Source of the DNA: Methanothrix sp.
Lineage (GTDB): Archaea > Halobacteriota > Methanosarcinia > Methanotrichales > Methanotrichaceae
NCBI GenBank assembly: GCA_037128175.1
Contig: JBAXWY010000008.1
Span: 26,660 to 90,659, forward strand
Reading direction: 5' to 3'
DNA: 64,000 bases
Positions within the stretch are counted from its first letter, which is position 1, and each line of letters opens with the position of its first letter. Under the pieces are notes generated by a model. The model was not told the DNA's origin and did no database searches. It saw only the letters and a program-made list of their open reading frames with translations. The translations under genes and the position numbers were made by a program. Positions 47,953 to 57,429 of this stretch are shown one piece after another.

Positions 47953-48750
47953 ATGGATCGGGCCGATAAGCTGGAAGACCTTAAAACAAGAATTGCAAAG
48001 AAGGGAAAGCTTCTGGTGGCCTATTCCGGCGGAGTGGACAGCAGCCTTCTGGCTAAGGTGGCCCACGATGTCTTGGGCGGCAAAGCCCTGGCCGTGATCC
48101 TGGACAGCGAGTCCATGCCCAAAGGTGAGCTTGAAAATGCAAAAAGGCTGGCCGCATCTCTGGGGCTTAATTATCGGGTAGCAGAATTCTCCATTCTGAG
48201 AGAAGAGCCGTTTTTGCATAATCCGGTCACACGCTGCTACATCTGCAAGAAAAAGTCGGCTGCGGTTTTAAAAAGCATCGCGGCGGAGGAAGGCATAAGC
48301 TGCATAGCCGATGGAGTCAACCTCTCCGATTACGGGGACTATCGGCCTGGAATTGCCGCCTGCGATGAAGAAGGAATCTGGCATCCTTTTGTGGATGCGG
48401 CAGTAACCAAGGAGGATATTCGCGCTATGGCGCAAGGCCTGGGCCTGCCCATTTGGAACAAGCCTTCCTCGGCCTGCCTCGCCTCCCGAATACCTTATGG
48501 CGAGCCGATCACACCGGAGAACTTGCGAATGGTGGAAGAGGCGGAGGAATATCTGAAAAGCCTGGGCTTTTTGCAGCTTCGGGTGCGATCCCACGGACGC
48601 GTGGCCCGAATTGAGCTACTAAAGCAGGATATGTCCCGGGCGATGGATTGCCGCGATGAGATCGCCAGGATGCTCAAGACAATCGGATTTGATTATGTCG
48701 CCCTGGATCTGGAGGGCTTTCGCAGCGGAAGCATGAACGAGGTTTTATGA
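47953..48750 (+). CDS. larE: ATP-dependent sulfur transferase LarE
   Basis: AYSGGVDS, RCYICK, DYRPG, SSACLASRIPYG and GFRSGSMN motifs. Confidence 0.9.
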   Translation: MDRADKLEDLKTRIAKKGKLLVAYSGGVDSSLLAKVAHDVLGGKALAVILDSESMPKGELENAKRLAASLGLNYRVAEFSILREEPFLHNPVTRCYICKKKSAAVLKSIAAEEGISCIADGVNLSDYGDYRPGIAACDEEGIWHPFVDAAVTKEDIRAMAQGLGLPIWNKPSSACLASRIPYGEPITPENLRMVEEAEEYLKSLGFLQLRVRSHGRVARIELLKQDMSRAMDCRDEIARMLKTIGFDYVALDLEGFRSGSMNEVL

Positions 48751-48751
48751 T

Positions 48752-49951
48752 ATGGACGTTCAGGAAATAAGAAAGGATTTTCCCATCACTAAGGATGTTA
48801 TCTATTTGGACAGCGCCTCCACCAGCCTGACTCCTGAACCTGTTTTGCAGGCGGTCCTGGATTACTACCATAGCTACAAGGCCAACGTGGGCCGGGGCGT
48901 TTACCGGATGGCTCAGCTTGCCGATCAGCGCTACCGGGGGGCGCACCGCAAGGCTGCAGAATTCGTAGGCGGGGCGGGGCTGGAAGGAACGACGATTTTT
49001 ACCAGGAATACCACCGAGTCCATCAACATCGTCGCTCGCGGCATAAAGTGGAAGAGGGGGGAACGCATCGTCACCACCCTTCTGGAGCACCACTCCAATC
49101 TTTTGCCCTGGATGAGGCTAAAAGAGAAAGGCGTGGAGCTGGAGGTCATCAAGCCGGACAAAACGGGAATGATCGATCCGGCAGACTATGAAAAGGCGAT
49201 AACCGAAGGCACCCGGCTGGTGGCAGTGAGCCAGCTCTCCAATGCTCTGGGAACGGTCCTTCCCGTAAAGGAGATCAGCAAAATCTGCCGGGAGCGGGGC
49301 GCTGCTCTCTTGGTGGATGCTGCCCAGTCCGTGCCCCACATGCCCGTAGACGTGGTGGATATCGATTGCGATTTTCTCTGCTTTTCCGGGCACAAGATGC
49401 TTGCGCCCATGGGAAGCGGCGTTCTCTGGATCAAGAAAGAGGGTGTTGTCGAACCGCTCCTGTTGGGCGGGGGCATGGTGCAGGACGTCGGCAACGATCG
49501 GTATGAGATCAAGAAGGGCTATGAGGGCTATGAAGCCGGCACGCCCGACATCTCGGCCGGCATTGGTCTAGGCGCTGCCGTTGATTATCTCACCCGGGTG
49601 GGCATCGAGGATATTCACCATCACGAGCAAAGGCTGACGGTTAAGCTGCTGGAAGGCCTGCAAGAGATGAAAGGGGTATCGATCTATGGTCCGGGCCCCG
49701 GCTCACGCAGGCGGGCACGAGGCGGCGTGGTCTCCTTTGCGGTTGAAGGCCTCTTGCCCCACGAGGTGGCTCTCATGCTCGACCAGGCGTCGAACATCTG
49801 CGTTCGCTCCGGTCATCACTGCTGCATTCCCTTAATGAAGCATCTGGGGCTGAAATACGGAACCGTGCGTGCCTCGCTTTATCTTTATAACACAGAGGAT
49901 GAAATTGAAAAGCTCCTGGCGACGCTGGAGCAGATTGCCAGGATGGCTTAG
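48752..49951 (+). CDS. sufS: Cysteine desulfurase (SufS group II)
   Basis: YLDSAST, EHHSN, FSGHKML, EAGTP and VRSGHHC motifs. Confidence 0.9.
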   Translation: MDVQEIRKDFPITKDVIYLDSASTSLTPEPVLQAVLDYYHSYKANVGRGVYRMAQLADQRYRGAHRKAAEFVGGAGLEGTTIFTRNTTESINIVARGIKWKRGERIVTTLLEHHSNLLPWMRLKEKGVELEVIKPDKTGMIDPADYEKAITEGTRLVAVSQLSNALGTVLPVKEISKICRERGAALLVDAAQSVPHMPVDVVDIDCDFLCFSGHKMLAPMGSGVLWIKKEGVVEPLLLGGGMVQDVGNDRYEIKKGYEGYEAGTPDISAGIGLGAAVDYLTRVGIEDIHHHEQRLTVKLLEGLQEMKGVSIYGPGPGSRRRARGGVVSFAVEGLLPHEVALMLDQASNICVRSGHHCCIPLMKHLGLKYGTVRASLYLYNTEDEIEKLLATLEQIARMA

Positions 49952-49953
49952 CT

Positions 49954-50712
49954 ATGATCAAAGAATGCAAGTGTCTGCGGCTGGACGGTGAATGTGCAGA
50001 AGATGCGACCTGCCTGGTAGTGGAAGAGGTGCCTCTCTCCATCTTCATCAACGGTCGGCATTTCGTAACTGCCATGATCAGCCCCCGGATGAGAAAGGAG
50101 TTTGTCACAGGCCACCTTTTTTCCGAGAGGATAATTTCCGGACCACAGGAGATCGAGTCTCTGGAGGTCGAGGGCAATGTGGCTCGCGTTCTAGTCGCAA
50201 ATCCCATGCGGGCCATAGTCCCCCGGCGGCCCATTGTGAGCGGCTGCGGTGGGATTGCTTCTTTTCTGGATGAGTCCAAGCTTTCCGAGATTAAGTCGGA
50301 TCTGATAATAGGAAGGAGGCAGGCGCAAGAGGCCATGGGGGCCATCTCGCTCTCCGAGACGCACATAGCCACAGGGGGAGTGCATTCTGTGGGCCTCTTC
50401 ACAGATGGGGAGCCTATCTGCATCATCGAGGACATCGGCCGGCACAATGCCCTGGATAAGGCCATCGGCTGCGCGTTCTTTCAGAAGCAAGACTTCGATT
50501 TCAGCCAAACCTTTGTGGCCTGCACGGGCCGGGTCTCCTCTGATATGGCCTTGAAGTGCTCAGTGGCCGGCATTCCCATCATTGTTTCGCGAGGGGCCAC
50601 TACCAGTCTGGCCGTCTCCATTGCAAAGAGGACGAATCTATGCATCATCGGTTTTCTGCGGGGAAAGAGGCTTTCCGTTTACACCTGCCTGGAGAGATTT
50701 GCGATTGACTGA
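49954..50712 (+). CDS. fdhD: Formate dehydrogenase accessory sulfurtransferase FdhD
   Basis: SGCGG, TGGVH, EDIGRHNALDK and TGRVS motifs. Confidence 0.92.
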   Translation: MIKECKCLRLDGECAEDATCLVVEEVPLSIFINGRHFVTAMISPRMRKEFVTGHLFSERIISGPQEIESLEVEGNVARVLVANPMRAIVPRRPIVSGCGGIASFLDESKLSEIKSDLIIGRRQAQEAMGAISLSETHIATGGVHSVGLFTDGEPICIIEDIGRHNALDKAIGCAFFQKQDFDFSQTFVACTGRVSSDMALKCSVAGIPIIVSRGATTSLAVSIAKRTNLCIIGFLRGKRLSVYTCLERFAID

Positions 50713-50745
50713 AGGCGGCATTCGTGTGGATAGATTCGATGCGCC

Positions 50746-50919
50746 TCACCACAAAGGCACAAAGGCACAAAGAACTACTCTCCTATTTTATAGCGTTCTC
50801 TGTGCGTTCTCTGTGAACTCTGTGTCTCTGTGGTGGAATAGTCGTCAGCCACTGGTTATAATCAAATGGTTACGGACTACCACCACAGAGACACAGAGCG
50901 CACGGAGGACTCACAGAGG
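50746..50919. repeat. Dispersed REP-like repeat locus C (three units, alternating orientation)
   Basis: CACCACAAAGGCACAAAGGCACAAAG, then CTCTGTGCGTTCTCTGTGAACTCTGTGTCTCTGTGGTG, then CACCACAGAGACACAGAGCGCACGGAGG. Confidence 0.88.
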
Positions 50920-50970
50920 ACTCGATTATTCCATTACCAACTCGAAAAGGTTTTTCTTGCGGGTGCGGGC

Positions 50971-51873
50971 ATGATCTGCACCAAATGTAGCAATAGGGCC
51001 ATTGTCTCCCAGCGCTACTCCGGGCAGCACCTCTGCCAGGACCACTTCATCCTGGATTTTGAGAGAAGAGTGGCAGATACGGTGCAGAGAAACGAGATGG
51101 TCAAGGACGGCGAACGCATCGCCGTTGCCGTGAGCGGGGGCAAGGACAGCACCGCTCTGCTCTTTTGCCTGCGGCGGATTTTAGCGAAAAGGGATGTCGA
51201 ACTTGTGGCCGTCACCGTGGACGAGGGCATCGCCGGCTACAGGGATGACACCATAAGGGCGGCGAAGGCCATTGCAAATAAGCTCGGAGTTGAGCAGCAT
51301 ATCGTCTCCTTCCGGGAGGAGTACGGCTACGACCTGGACGAAATGGTGCCGGGAAAAAAGGTCGCGCCCTGCACCTATTGCGGGGTCTTTCGCAAGAACG
51401 CCCTCAACCGCGTGGCAAAACGCCTGGGTGCCGATAAAGTCGCCACCGGCCATAACCAAGACGATGAAGCGCAGACCATTATGATGAACTATCTGAAGGG
51501 CGATTTCGAGAGGTTGATGCGTTTTCGGCCCTGGCGAGCCCAGAAGGGCCTGGTGCCCCGCATCAAGCCCCTGCGAGAGATGCCGGAAAAGGAGATCGCC
51601 CTCTACTGCATGGTAAACGAAGTCTTCACCGAGTCCCGGGAGTGCCCCTATGCCAATCTCTCCCTGCGGGCGGATGTGAGGGACATGTTGAATGGCCTGG
51701 AGAGCCAGTTTCCGGGAACCAAACAATCGACTGTGCAGGGATTTGAAAAGATCGCGGCGAAGGCGCAGGGCAGCTATGCCCAGATGGATCTTGCCGTCTG
51801 CCGGGAGTGCGGCGAGCCCTGCGTCAAGGAGCTGTGCAAGGCCTGTGAGCTGCTGGGAAGACTCATAAGATAG
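50971..51873 (+). CDS. tRNA 2-thiolation protein (TtuA/NcsA, TIGR00269-like)
   Basis: N- and C-terminal zinc fingers; VSGGKDS, CTYCGVFR, GHNQDD and ECPY motifs. Confidence 0.9.
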   Translation: MICTKCSNRAIVSQRYSGQHLCQDHFILDFERRVADTVQRNEMVKDGERIAVAVSGGKDSTALLFCLRRILAKRDVELVAVTVDEGIAGYRDDTIRAAKAIANKLGVEQHIVSFREEYGYDLDEMVPGKKVAPCTYCGVFRKNALNRVAKRLGADKVATGHNQDDEAQTIMMNYLKGDFERLMRFRPWRAQKGLVPRIKPLREMPEKEIALYCMVNEVFTESRECPYANLSLRADVRDMLNGLESQFPGTKQSTVQGFEKIAAKAQGSYAQMDLAVCRECGEPCVKELCKACELLGRLIR

Positions 51874-52004
51874 TTTGGCACCTAAACAGAAGGCTTTTAA
51901 ATCAAGATAGTATAAGCGTCTTCGATTATGCCAAGATGGTTTTCTAGTGAGTAGTAGGTAGTAGGATTTATATAGCTAGATGGGACTATTATTTATAGTA
52001 GTGT

Positions 52005-52070
52005 TGTAAGACCCTCCTGAAAAGGATGATGCCACCCATTGGTGGACGTGACGAAGTATGGAGGGGTTCA
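52005..52070 (-). ncRNA. Candidate DUF3800-associated structured RNA element
   Basis: Directly 3' of the DUF3800 stop: CCCTCC...GGAGGG outer stem enclosing a CCACC-AATG-GGTGG hairpin. Confidence 0.45.
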
Positions 52071-52733
52071 CTACAACTCACTTTTGTCAACTTCAAAATC
52101 CAATCTTGTGGCTATTTTATGCTGGATCTTCTGGTAATAGCGATCATCACCATCCCTATACCTACGATTTATGGCACCTGCAATGAAGTCCACAGCCTGG
52201 ATGCAAGGGCAGGCTTTGGAGTCCACATGGGTCACTTTGATATCTCCCAGAGTGGCAGGCACTACCATCCCGGATCTATCAGCCATGTGAGCATCAAACT
52301 TTGCCCTCTGTATCCCATAAAGGGACTTATCCATGATGACTTCCACCTGACCGGACATGCCATAGTTATTGATGATTTTGTACGTTAGTTGTTTGCAGAC
52401 CTCATTATAGATGAGCTGTGGCTCCACCTCATGCTGAATGTCTGAGTTTCGTAGAAGTGCATAGCCAATATCGTTATTTGTCCTTCCTATGCATTCAAGG
52501 ATTCTCCTCTTGATCGGATCATCAGAGTCATTGAATTTCAGCTCGGAGGTCTTATGATACCTCTTTTTGATCTTCTTCTTCCTGATGTCCTTTATGCATC
52601 TCTTTATGGGGAGGTCTTCTCTGAGGACCAATGCAGCCAGCACAAAATAGGGAACTGATTCTGAGGCATTGGCCATTAAGCCATTAACTATACTGCCAGA
52701 TTCATCAAGATAGACCCGCATTCGTTCACCCAT
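52071..52733 (-). CDS. DUF3800-domain protein (predicted RNase H-like fold)
   Basis: VYLDESG, ELKF, IMDK and DSK..P.IQAVDFIAGAI motifs; AT-rich flanks; TTTATAAA promoter at about 52751-52758 (-). Confidence 0.85.
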   Translation of the reverse strand: MGERMRVYLDESGSIVNGLMANASESVPYFVLAALVLREDLPIKRCIKDIRKKKIKKRYHKTSELKFNDSDDPIKRRILECIGRTNNDIGYALLRNSDIQHEVEPQLIYNEVCKQLTYKIINNYGMSGQVEVIMDKSLYGIQRAKFDAHMADRSGMVVPATLGDIKVTHVDSKACPCIQAVDFIAGAINRRYRDGDDRYYQKIQHKIATRLDFEVDKSEL

Positions 52734-53182
52734 TTTGTTGGATTCTTGTATTTATAAAGTGGCTGGGTATTACGCGCACCTACTATGCTAGACATAGATC
52801 AACTACATTGGATGAGATGGCATCCTCGTGGATTAAAGGAATGCATGGAATTACCGCCCCTTCTCGAAATGAAGAAAATTCCAAGAGGCCCAGAAATTAT
52901 GCACTCACGTAGGAGTTTTTGGAAGCAAATGAAAAATACGGAACAATAAATAGGATCGTAGGGACACCACTCCAGAGCAACACAGAGCAAAAATAAGAGC
53001 CTAAATAATACGATGGCTCCTCGTTTTCAAAATGAAGTGATGGCCCAAAAGGTTTTCTATTTAAGGTAGGAAATACATAAAAGATCTTAAAATATGGTTC
53101 CTGCAATCGTTTTTCTCGCTTGATAGGCGATCTCCTCCGACACCGTCAGGAACCTAGCCTGAGCTACATACCTTCGGCTCCG

Positions 53183-53686
53183 CTAATATACCGTTACCCT
53201 CTTCACGCCCTCGATATCCATAAGCCGGCGCACCAGGTCTCCCGGTATTTTGCCCTCCGTGATGAGGGTGAGCTTGGGGCTTTCCACAAAATAAGGATCG
53301 TCGGAAACGGCCTGTCGGATGGATAGGCCGCTATTGGCCACGGCGCTGGCCACGTTTCCCAATAGGCCGGCCTTGGCGGCATTGACCGGCATAATTTCTA
53401 TCACACCCAGGCCCAGAATGGGCGCCACATCTCCTAAGAAGGTCATGGAGCGCACATTCTTGAAGACCTTCCATAAATTCTCATCCTCGCGAATGGCCTG
53501 GGCCGTGGTGTCCACCACCCGGCGGTCCACGTCCAATTCCCTGGCGATCTGGGCATGAGGAATCTCTATCCGGCCCGATACAACTCGAGATGCGTCATTT
53601 ATCTGAAAGCCCCTCTGCAGGATGAGACGAATGACCTTCTCCTGAGCCGGGAACCTCTTGAACTTGTCTAAAATCTCCTGCCACAT
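53183..53686 (-). CDS. ACT-domain regulator of amino acid metabolism (COG2150-like)
   Basis: MW..I..KF..FPAQ, VDRRVV and IRQAVSDDP motifs. Confidence 0.85.
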   Translation of the reverse strand: MWQEILDKFKRFPAQEKVIRLILQRGFQINDASRVVSGRIEIPHAQIARELDVDRRVVDTTAQAIREDENLWKVFKNVRSMTFLGDVAPILGLGVIEIMPVNAAKAGLLGNVASAVANSGLSIRQAVSDDPYFVESPKLTLITEGKIPGDLVRRLMDIEGVKRVTVY

Positions 53687-53705
53687 GGTGGGTCCTTTCA
53701 GTAAT

Positions 53706-54806
53706 TTAGGCGAACATCTCTCTGGGAGGCTGGCGGTACTCCTTTCTCGCCTTGGGAATGGTCTCTTCCAGATGCCTTTGTGTGATGTTGCACTCCTCCA
53801 TGATCGCATGGTGCAGCGCCGCTTTAAGCACCTTCTCGACCAGATCCCGCCCTGAAAAGCCCTCTGTTTGGCGGGCAATCTCGTTCAAGTTCACGTTCTC
53901 CATCGCGAGAGGCAAGGTGGCGGCATTCTTCTCCAAGAGAAGCAAGCGCTCCTCAAGGCTTGGCAACTTGAACTCGATCTCTTCCTCGAAGCGCGAGCGC
54001 ACCGATGCATCCAGAACCTCGATCTGGTTGGTGGCCGCGATGGTGCAAACCCCCGTTCGATTGGAGATGCCATCCATCTCTGTTAGGAGAGAGTTCACGA
54101 TCTCCGAGACATCTCCTCTTAGATCCTGATACCTTCGGTCGAGAGCAATGGCATCCAGTTCATCGATGAATATGATGCAGGGTGCACTTTCCGCGGCTTT
54201 TTCATAAAGGCTGTGAATCTGCCGGGCCCCCTCGCCCACGAACTCTCCGATCAGGCTGGTGGACTTTACTGCCAGCATTGGCACTCCCGTCTTGGCGGAG
54301 AGCGCTTTAGCGATCATGGTCTTTCCTGTGCCAGATACTCCATAAAATAGAATGTTGCGCGGAGCCCACCGCCCAAATTTCTCCGGATCAGCCAGGAATT
54401 TCTCTACTATCTTGACCTTGCGCTTAGCCGTCTCCTGGCCTATGACATCATCAAAGCTGACATCGTACACTACCTTATTCTTGGGTTCAGCCTTTTGCTC
54501 TACCTTAATGGTGGTCTGTGAGCCCATCACCGAATATCTGGGATAGACTTTGACCACCTGGAAGGCAAAGTCCGGATAAAGCCTGCTATCGAATAGATAG
54601 CTACCGGGGAGCAGTTTCTCTCCGTACCACTGTTCCTGGGCATAAAGCTCGAATAGCTTGGGGTCAGAGACAACAGGATGCTCCTGAAATATGCTCTTCA
54701 GGGGGTAGCCCGCCGGACGCAAGAGCAGAAATCTTGCGCCGATTGCCTTTCGCTTCTCCAGCTTCGCCCCTTGTGCCTTGCTTTGGCTCTTTTGGATAGA
54801 TCGCAC
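53706..54806 (-). CDS. AAA+ ATPase (archaeal COG1223 type)
   Basis: L.PAGYPL N-domain; GVSGTGKT (Walker A); FIDELDAI (Walker B); SRFEEEIEF. Confidence 0.9.
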   Translation of the reverse strand: MRSIQKSQSKAQGAKLEKRKAIGARFLLLRPAGYPLKSIFQEHPVVSDPKLFELYAQEQWYGEKLLPGSYLFDSRLYPDFAFQVVKVYPRYSVMGSQTTIKVEQKAEPKNKVVYDVSFDDVIGQETAKRKVKIVEKFLADPEKFGRWAPRNILFYGVSGTGKTMIAKALSAKTGVPMLAVKSTSLIGEFVGEGARQIHSLYEKAAESAPCIIFIDELDAIALDRRYQDLRGDVSEIVNSLLTEMDGISNRTGVCTIAATNQIEVLDASVRSRFEEEIEFKLPSLEERLLLLEKNAATLPLAMENVNLNEIARQTEGFSGRDLVEKVLKAALHHAIMEECNITQRHLEETIPKARKEYRQPPREMFA

Positions 54807-54925
54807 GAGATAAATCTTGCCGGTATAGATAGTTAAATGTATTGGCCTTTGCCCCAGGGGTCCGACAGTAATTAATATTACCTCTTCCTAGCAGTAGCCA
54901 AAGAATATGCAGTAGGAGGATCTTC

Positions 54926-55027
54926 ATGGCAGGTGGAAATGGGCTGGCAATCGGTTTGATGGTTATAGGTTTCATAGCATTGTTCTTATTGCCTCTCGCC
55001 TTCTTGACTAGCTTGTTCAACGTCTAA
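54926..55027 (+). CDS. 33-aa single-pass membrane microprotein
   Basis: MAGGNGLAIGLMVIGFIALFLLPLAFLTSLFNV*; AGGAGG RBS 6 nt upstream; T-run after the stop. Confidence 0.65.
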   Translation: MAGGNGLAIGLMVIGFIALFLLPLAFLTSLFNV

Positions 55028-55354
55028 AGGCGCAAATCGGCATTTTTTTTAATTTTTCATCTTCGTAGCAGCGCACGGCCCCCATCCTATCGGGTGCAGT
55101 AGTTGGCTTGGCACTGTAGCTTTGGCTATTAATTCGCATTGGTCTGGCCGCGAATTTGCGACCGTTTTCCAATGCAAAAATAAATAGCTAGAGACTGATC
55201 GTCCGGATAAACGGCCATCAGTCTTTCTATCTTGGTTTTCAGTCTCACTTGGACCTATCTTTACGAAAAATCAATAAATCTTTATAGACGTGATCCTTAA
55301 CATAAATGCTGAAAACAAAAGGGCGCTGCCTGGATATGTGTCGTTCGAGGTAGA

Positions 55355-56029
55355 GTGAGAGGAACCATCATTCTGGTATCAATACTCCTGATTCTGTGTC
55401 CCTCAGCCTGCCAGGCCTCTGAGGAAAACGATCTGTGGCTGCTCCTATCCAGCTACGAAGATATCGGCATCACCATGAAGGATTTGGCATTCTTTCTGGC
55501 AACGCATGGGTTTGATGCACAGCCGGCACCGGATCAATCCTCGGTCGTCGTCAAGCTAAAAGTGGGCAAAGAGGTCTATCTCACACCTAACGGTGCATCG
55601 CCAAGACTTGCAGATCTGTGGATGACTCCCCCCACCGCTAAGGCCGGACCAGTACAGGTGATAGCAAACGATGCCATCAGTATCAATGCTACTTACGCCC
55701 TAACCGACAACGCCGAATTTGTCAAGACGATCAGCAGATACGTCATGTTTCCCGTAACGCCTCTGGGAATGTGCTATGACGGTTCTCAAAAACTGGATAG
55801 CACTTACAGGGATTTTGGATATAAAGTGATATTCCTGTATAATCCCAGCGGATTTGACTCCCAGGGCCATATCTGGGTAGCTGTGCAGGACAAAGACCAT
55901 CCCGATGCTTGGCTTGCCGTTGATAGCTATTATGGGGTTATGAAGGATCCCGAGTATTATTCCGCACCCTACAGCTTCACCGAATTTCAATACCTTGATG
56001 CCATCAATCCCCAATGGAAGCTGGTTTAA
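55355..56029 (+). CDS. Secreted hypothetical protein
   Basis: Signal peptide; GMCY...GHIWV...AVD arrangement suggests a Cys-His-Asp triad (inference). Confidence 0.7.
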   Translation: MRGTIILVSILLILCPSACQASEENDLWLLLSSYEDIGITMKDLAFFLATHGFDAQPAPDQSSVVVKLKVGKEVYLTPNGASPRLADLWMTPPTAKAGPVQVIANDAISINATYALTDNAEFVKTISRYVMFPVTPLGMCYDGSQKLDSTYRDFGYKVIFLYNPSGFDSQGHIWVAVQDKDHPDAWLAVDSYYGVMKDPEYYSAPYSFTEFQYLDAINPQWKLV

Positions 56030-56030
56030 T

Positions 56031-57392
56031 ATGATTACGAAAAACAAGGATATGTCCGCCATTGCCCGATATCTCATGGCAACGATCGCTATCCTGATCC
56101 TCTCAGGAACCGGCACCTCTGCCGATCTGATCAATGAGCTGCATGACGGCTCAAACCTCACCGATTCACAGTTGCAGGGCGCGAATCTTGCAGAGACTCA
56201 CCTCAACCGCTCCATTCTGAGCTACTCGCGCCTGTTGGGTGCCAACCTTTCCCAGTCGCAAATGGTCGGAGCGGATTTGTCTTCTGCCGTTGCGATAGGT
56301 GCCGATTTTTCCGGGGCCAAAATGAGTAGAGTCAGTTTGCAGGGTTCCGATATGTCCAGAGCTAACTTCTCCGGTGCCGACCTAACCGGTGCGAATATAA
56401 TAAATGGAAATCTCAGCGGTGCAGATCTCTCCGGCGCGATTCTGCAAGAGGCCAGGATGTCAGGCGCCAATTTGACTCGGGCAAATTTAAGGGGCGCAAT
56501 CATGAATAGCGTCAATCTTACCGATGCCGATCTTACAGGTGCGGATATTAGCCGGTCCTTCCTGTCCGAGTCACGCATGCCTGGTGCGACTCTGGCTGGT
56601 GCTAACCTCGCTAATGCCGATCTTACCGGGGCCAATATGGATTCAGTAGATTTGAATGATGCAGATTTAACCGGTGCTCGGCTATTTTCCGCGAACCTCA
56701 TGAATGCCCGCATGGGGGGCGTATTGCTGAATGGTGCTAATCTAATCGCAGCGCGCTTAAGCTGGGCAGATCTCAAAAAATGCAAAATGTCCTGCAGCCA
56801 GCTTTCTCGGGCAGAGCTCTACAGCACGGATCTTAGTGGTTCCGACCTCGCCGGTTCTGACTTCACCAGGGCTTACATGATGAGATCGAACCTGAGCGGT
56901 GCAAGAATGGATGATGCAGATCTGGCTTATGCTGATTTGACTGAGGCTGATCTCTCATTTGCTTCTCTCAAGGGCGCAAAGATTCCCAACCTCGACCTGA
57001 CAAGAGCCGATCTGTCTTGGGCCGATCTAACAGGAGTTTCGCTGGAGTTCACGGAGTTGGTGGGTACCGACCTGCATGAAGCAAAAATGACACGAGCTAC
57101 AATAAGCCGTCTTGCCATGCGGGATGTGAACTTGAGCAGAGCAGATTTGAGAGATGCCAAAATATCTGTGTCTCTAATGGAGAATGTAAATCTCTCGGGT
57201 GCAGACCTGAGTGGTGCCAGTATGAACACGGTGTATATAACCGACGCCGATCTGAGGGGGGCCAATTTGCAGAAAATAAAATGCGATCTATTTACCCTGC
57301 CGTATCTAGCCGCATCTCGGCTGGATGGGGCATTCATGAGTGAAACTCTTCATTCGCAGTTAAATAGCTCGCGAGTATCACCAGAAACTTGA
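56031..57392 (+). CDS. Secreted pentapeptide-repeat protein
   Basis: Signal peptide followed by about 400 aa of A[DN]L[ST]G-type repeats. Confidence 0.9.
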   Translation: MITKNKDMSAIARYLMATIAILILSGTGTSADLINELHDGSNLTDSQLQGANLAETHLNRSILSYSRLLGANLSQSQMVGADLSSAVAIGADFSGAKMSRVSLQGSDMSRANFSGADLTGANIINGNLSGADLSGAILQEARMSGANLTRANLRGAIMNSVNLTDADLTGADISRSFLSESRMPGATLAGANLANADLTGANMDSVDLNDADLTGARLFSANLMNARMGGVLLNGANLIAARLSWADLKKCKMSCSQLSRAELYSTDLSGSDLAGSDFTRAYMMRSNLSGARMDDADLAYADLTEADLSFASLKGAKIPNLDLTRADLSWADLTGVSLEFTELVGTDLHEAKMTRATISRLAMRDVNLSRADLRDAKISVSLMENVNLSGADLSGASMNTVYITDADLRGANLQKIKCDLFTLPYLAASRLDGAFMSETLHSQLNSSRVSPET

Positions 57393-57429
57393 AATGTCAT
57401 TAAGGAATGGATACTAACATAGGAGATCT

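Noticed and set aside
50866-50970. N-terminal extension (HHRDTERTEDSQR) of the tRNA thiolase
   Set aside because: It is translated repeat locus C; the family start is MICTKC at 50971.
52790-53110. Short ORFs upstream of the DUF3800 gene
   Set aside because: No recognisable motifs; possibly decayed foreign DNA, but no call can be supported.
54664-55020. 118-aa minus-strand ORF
   Set aside because: Overlaps the AAA ATPase start in another frame and is antisense to the better-supported 33-aa ORF.
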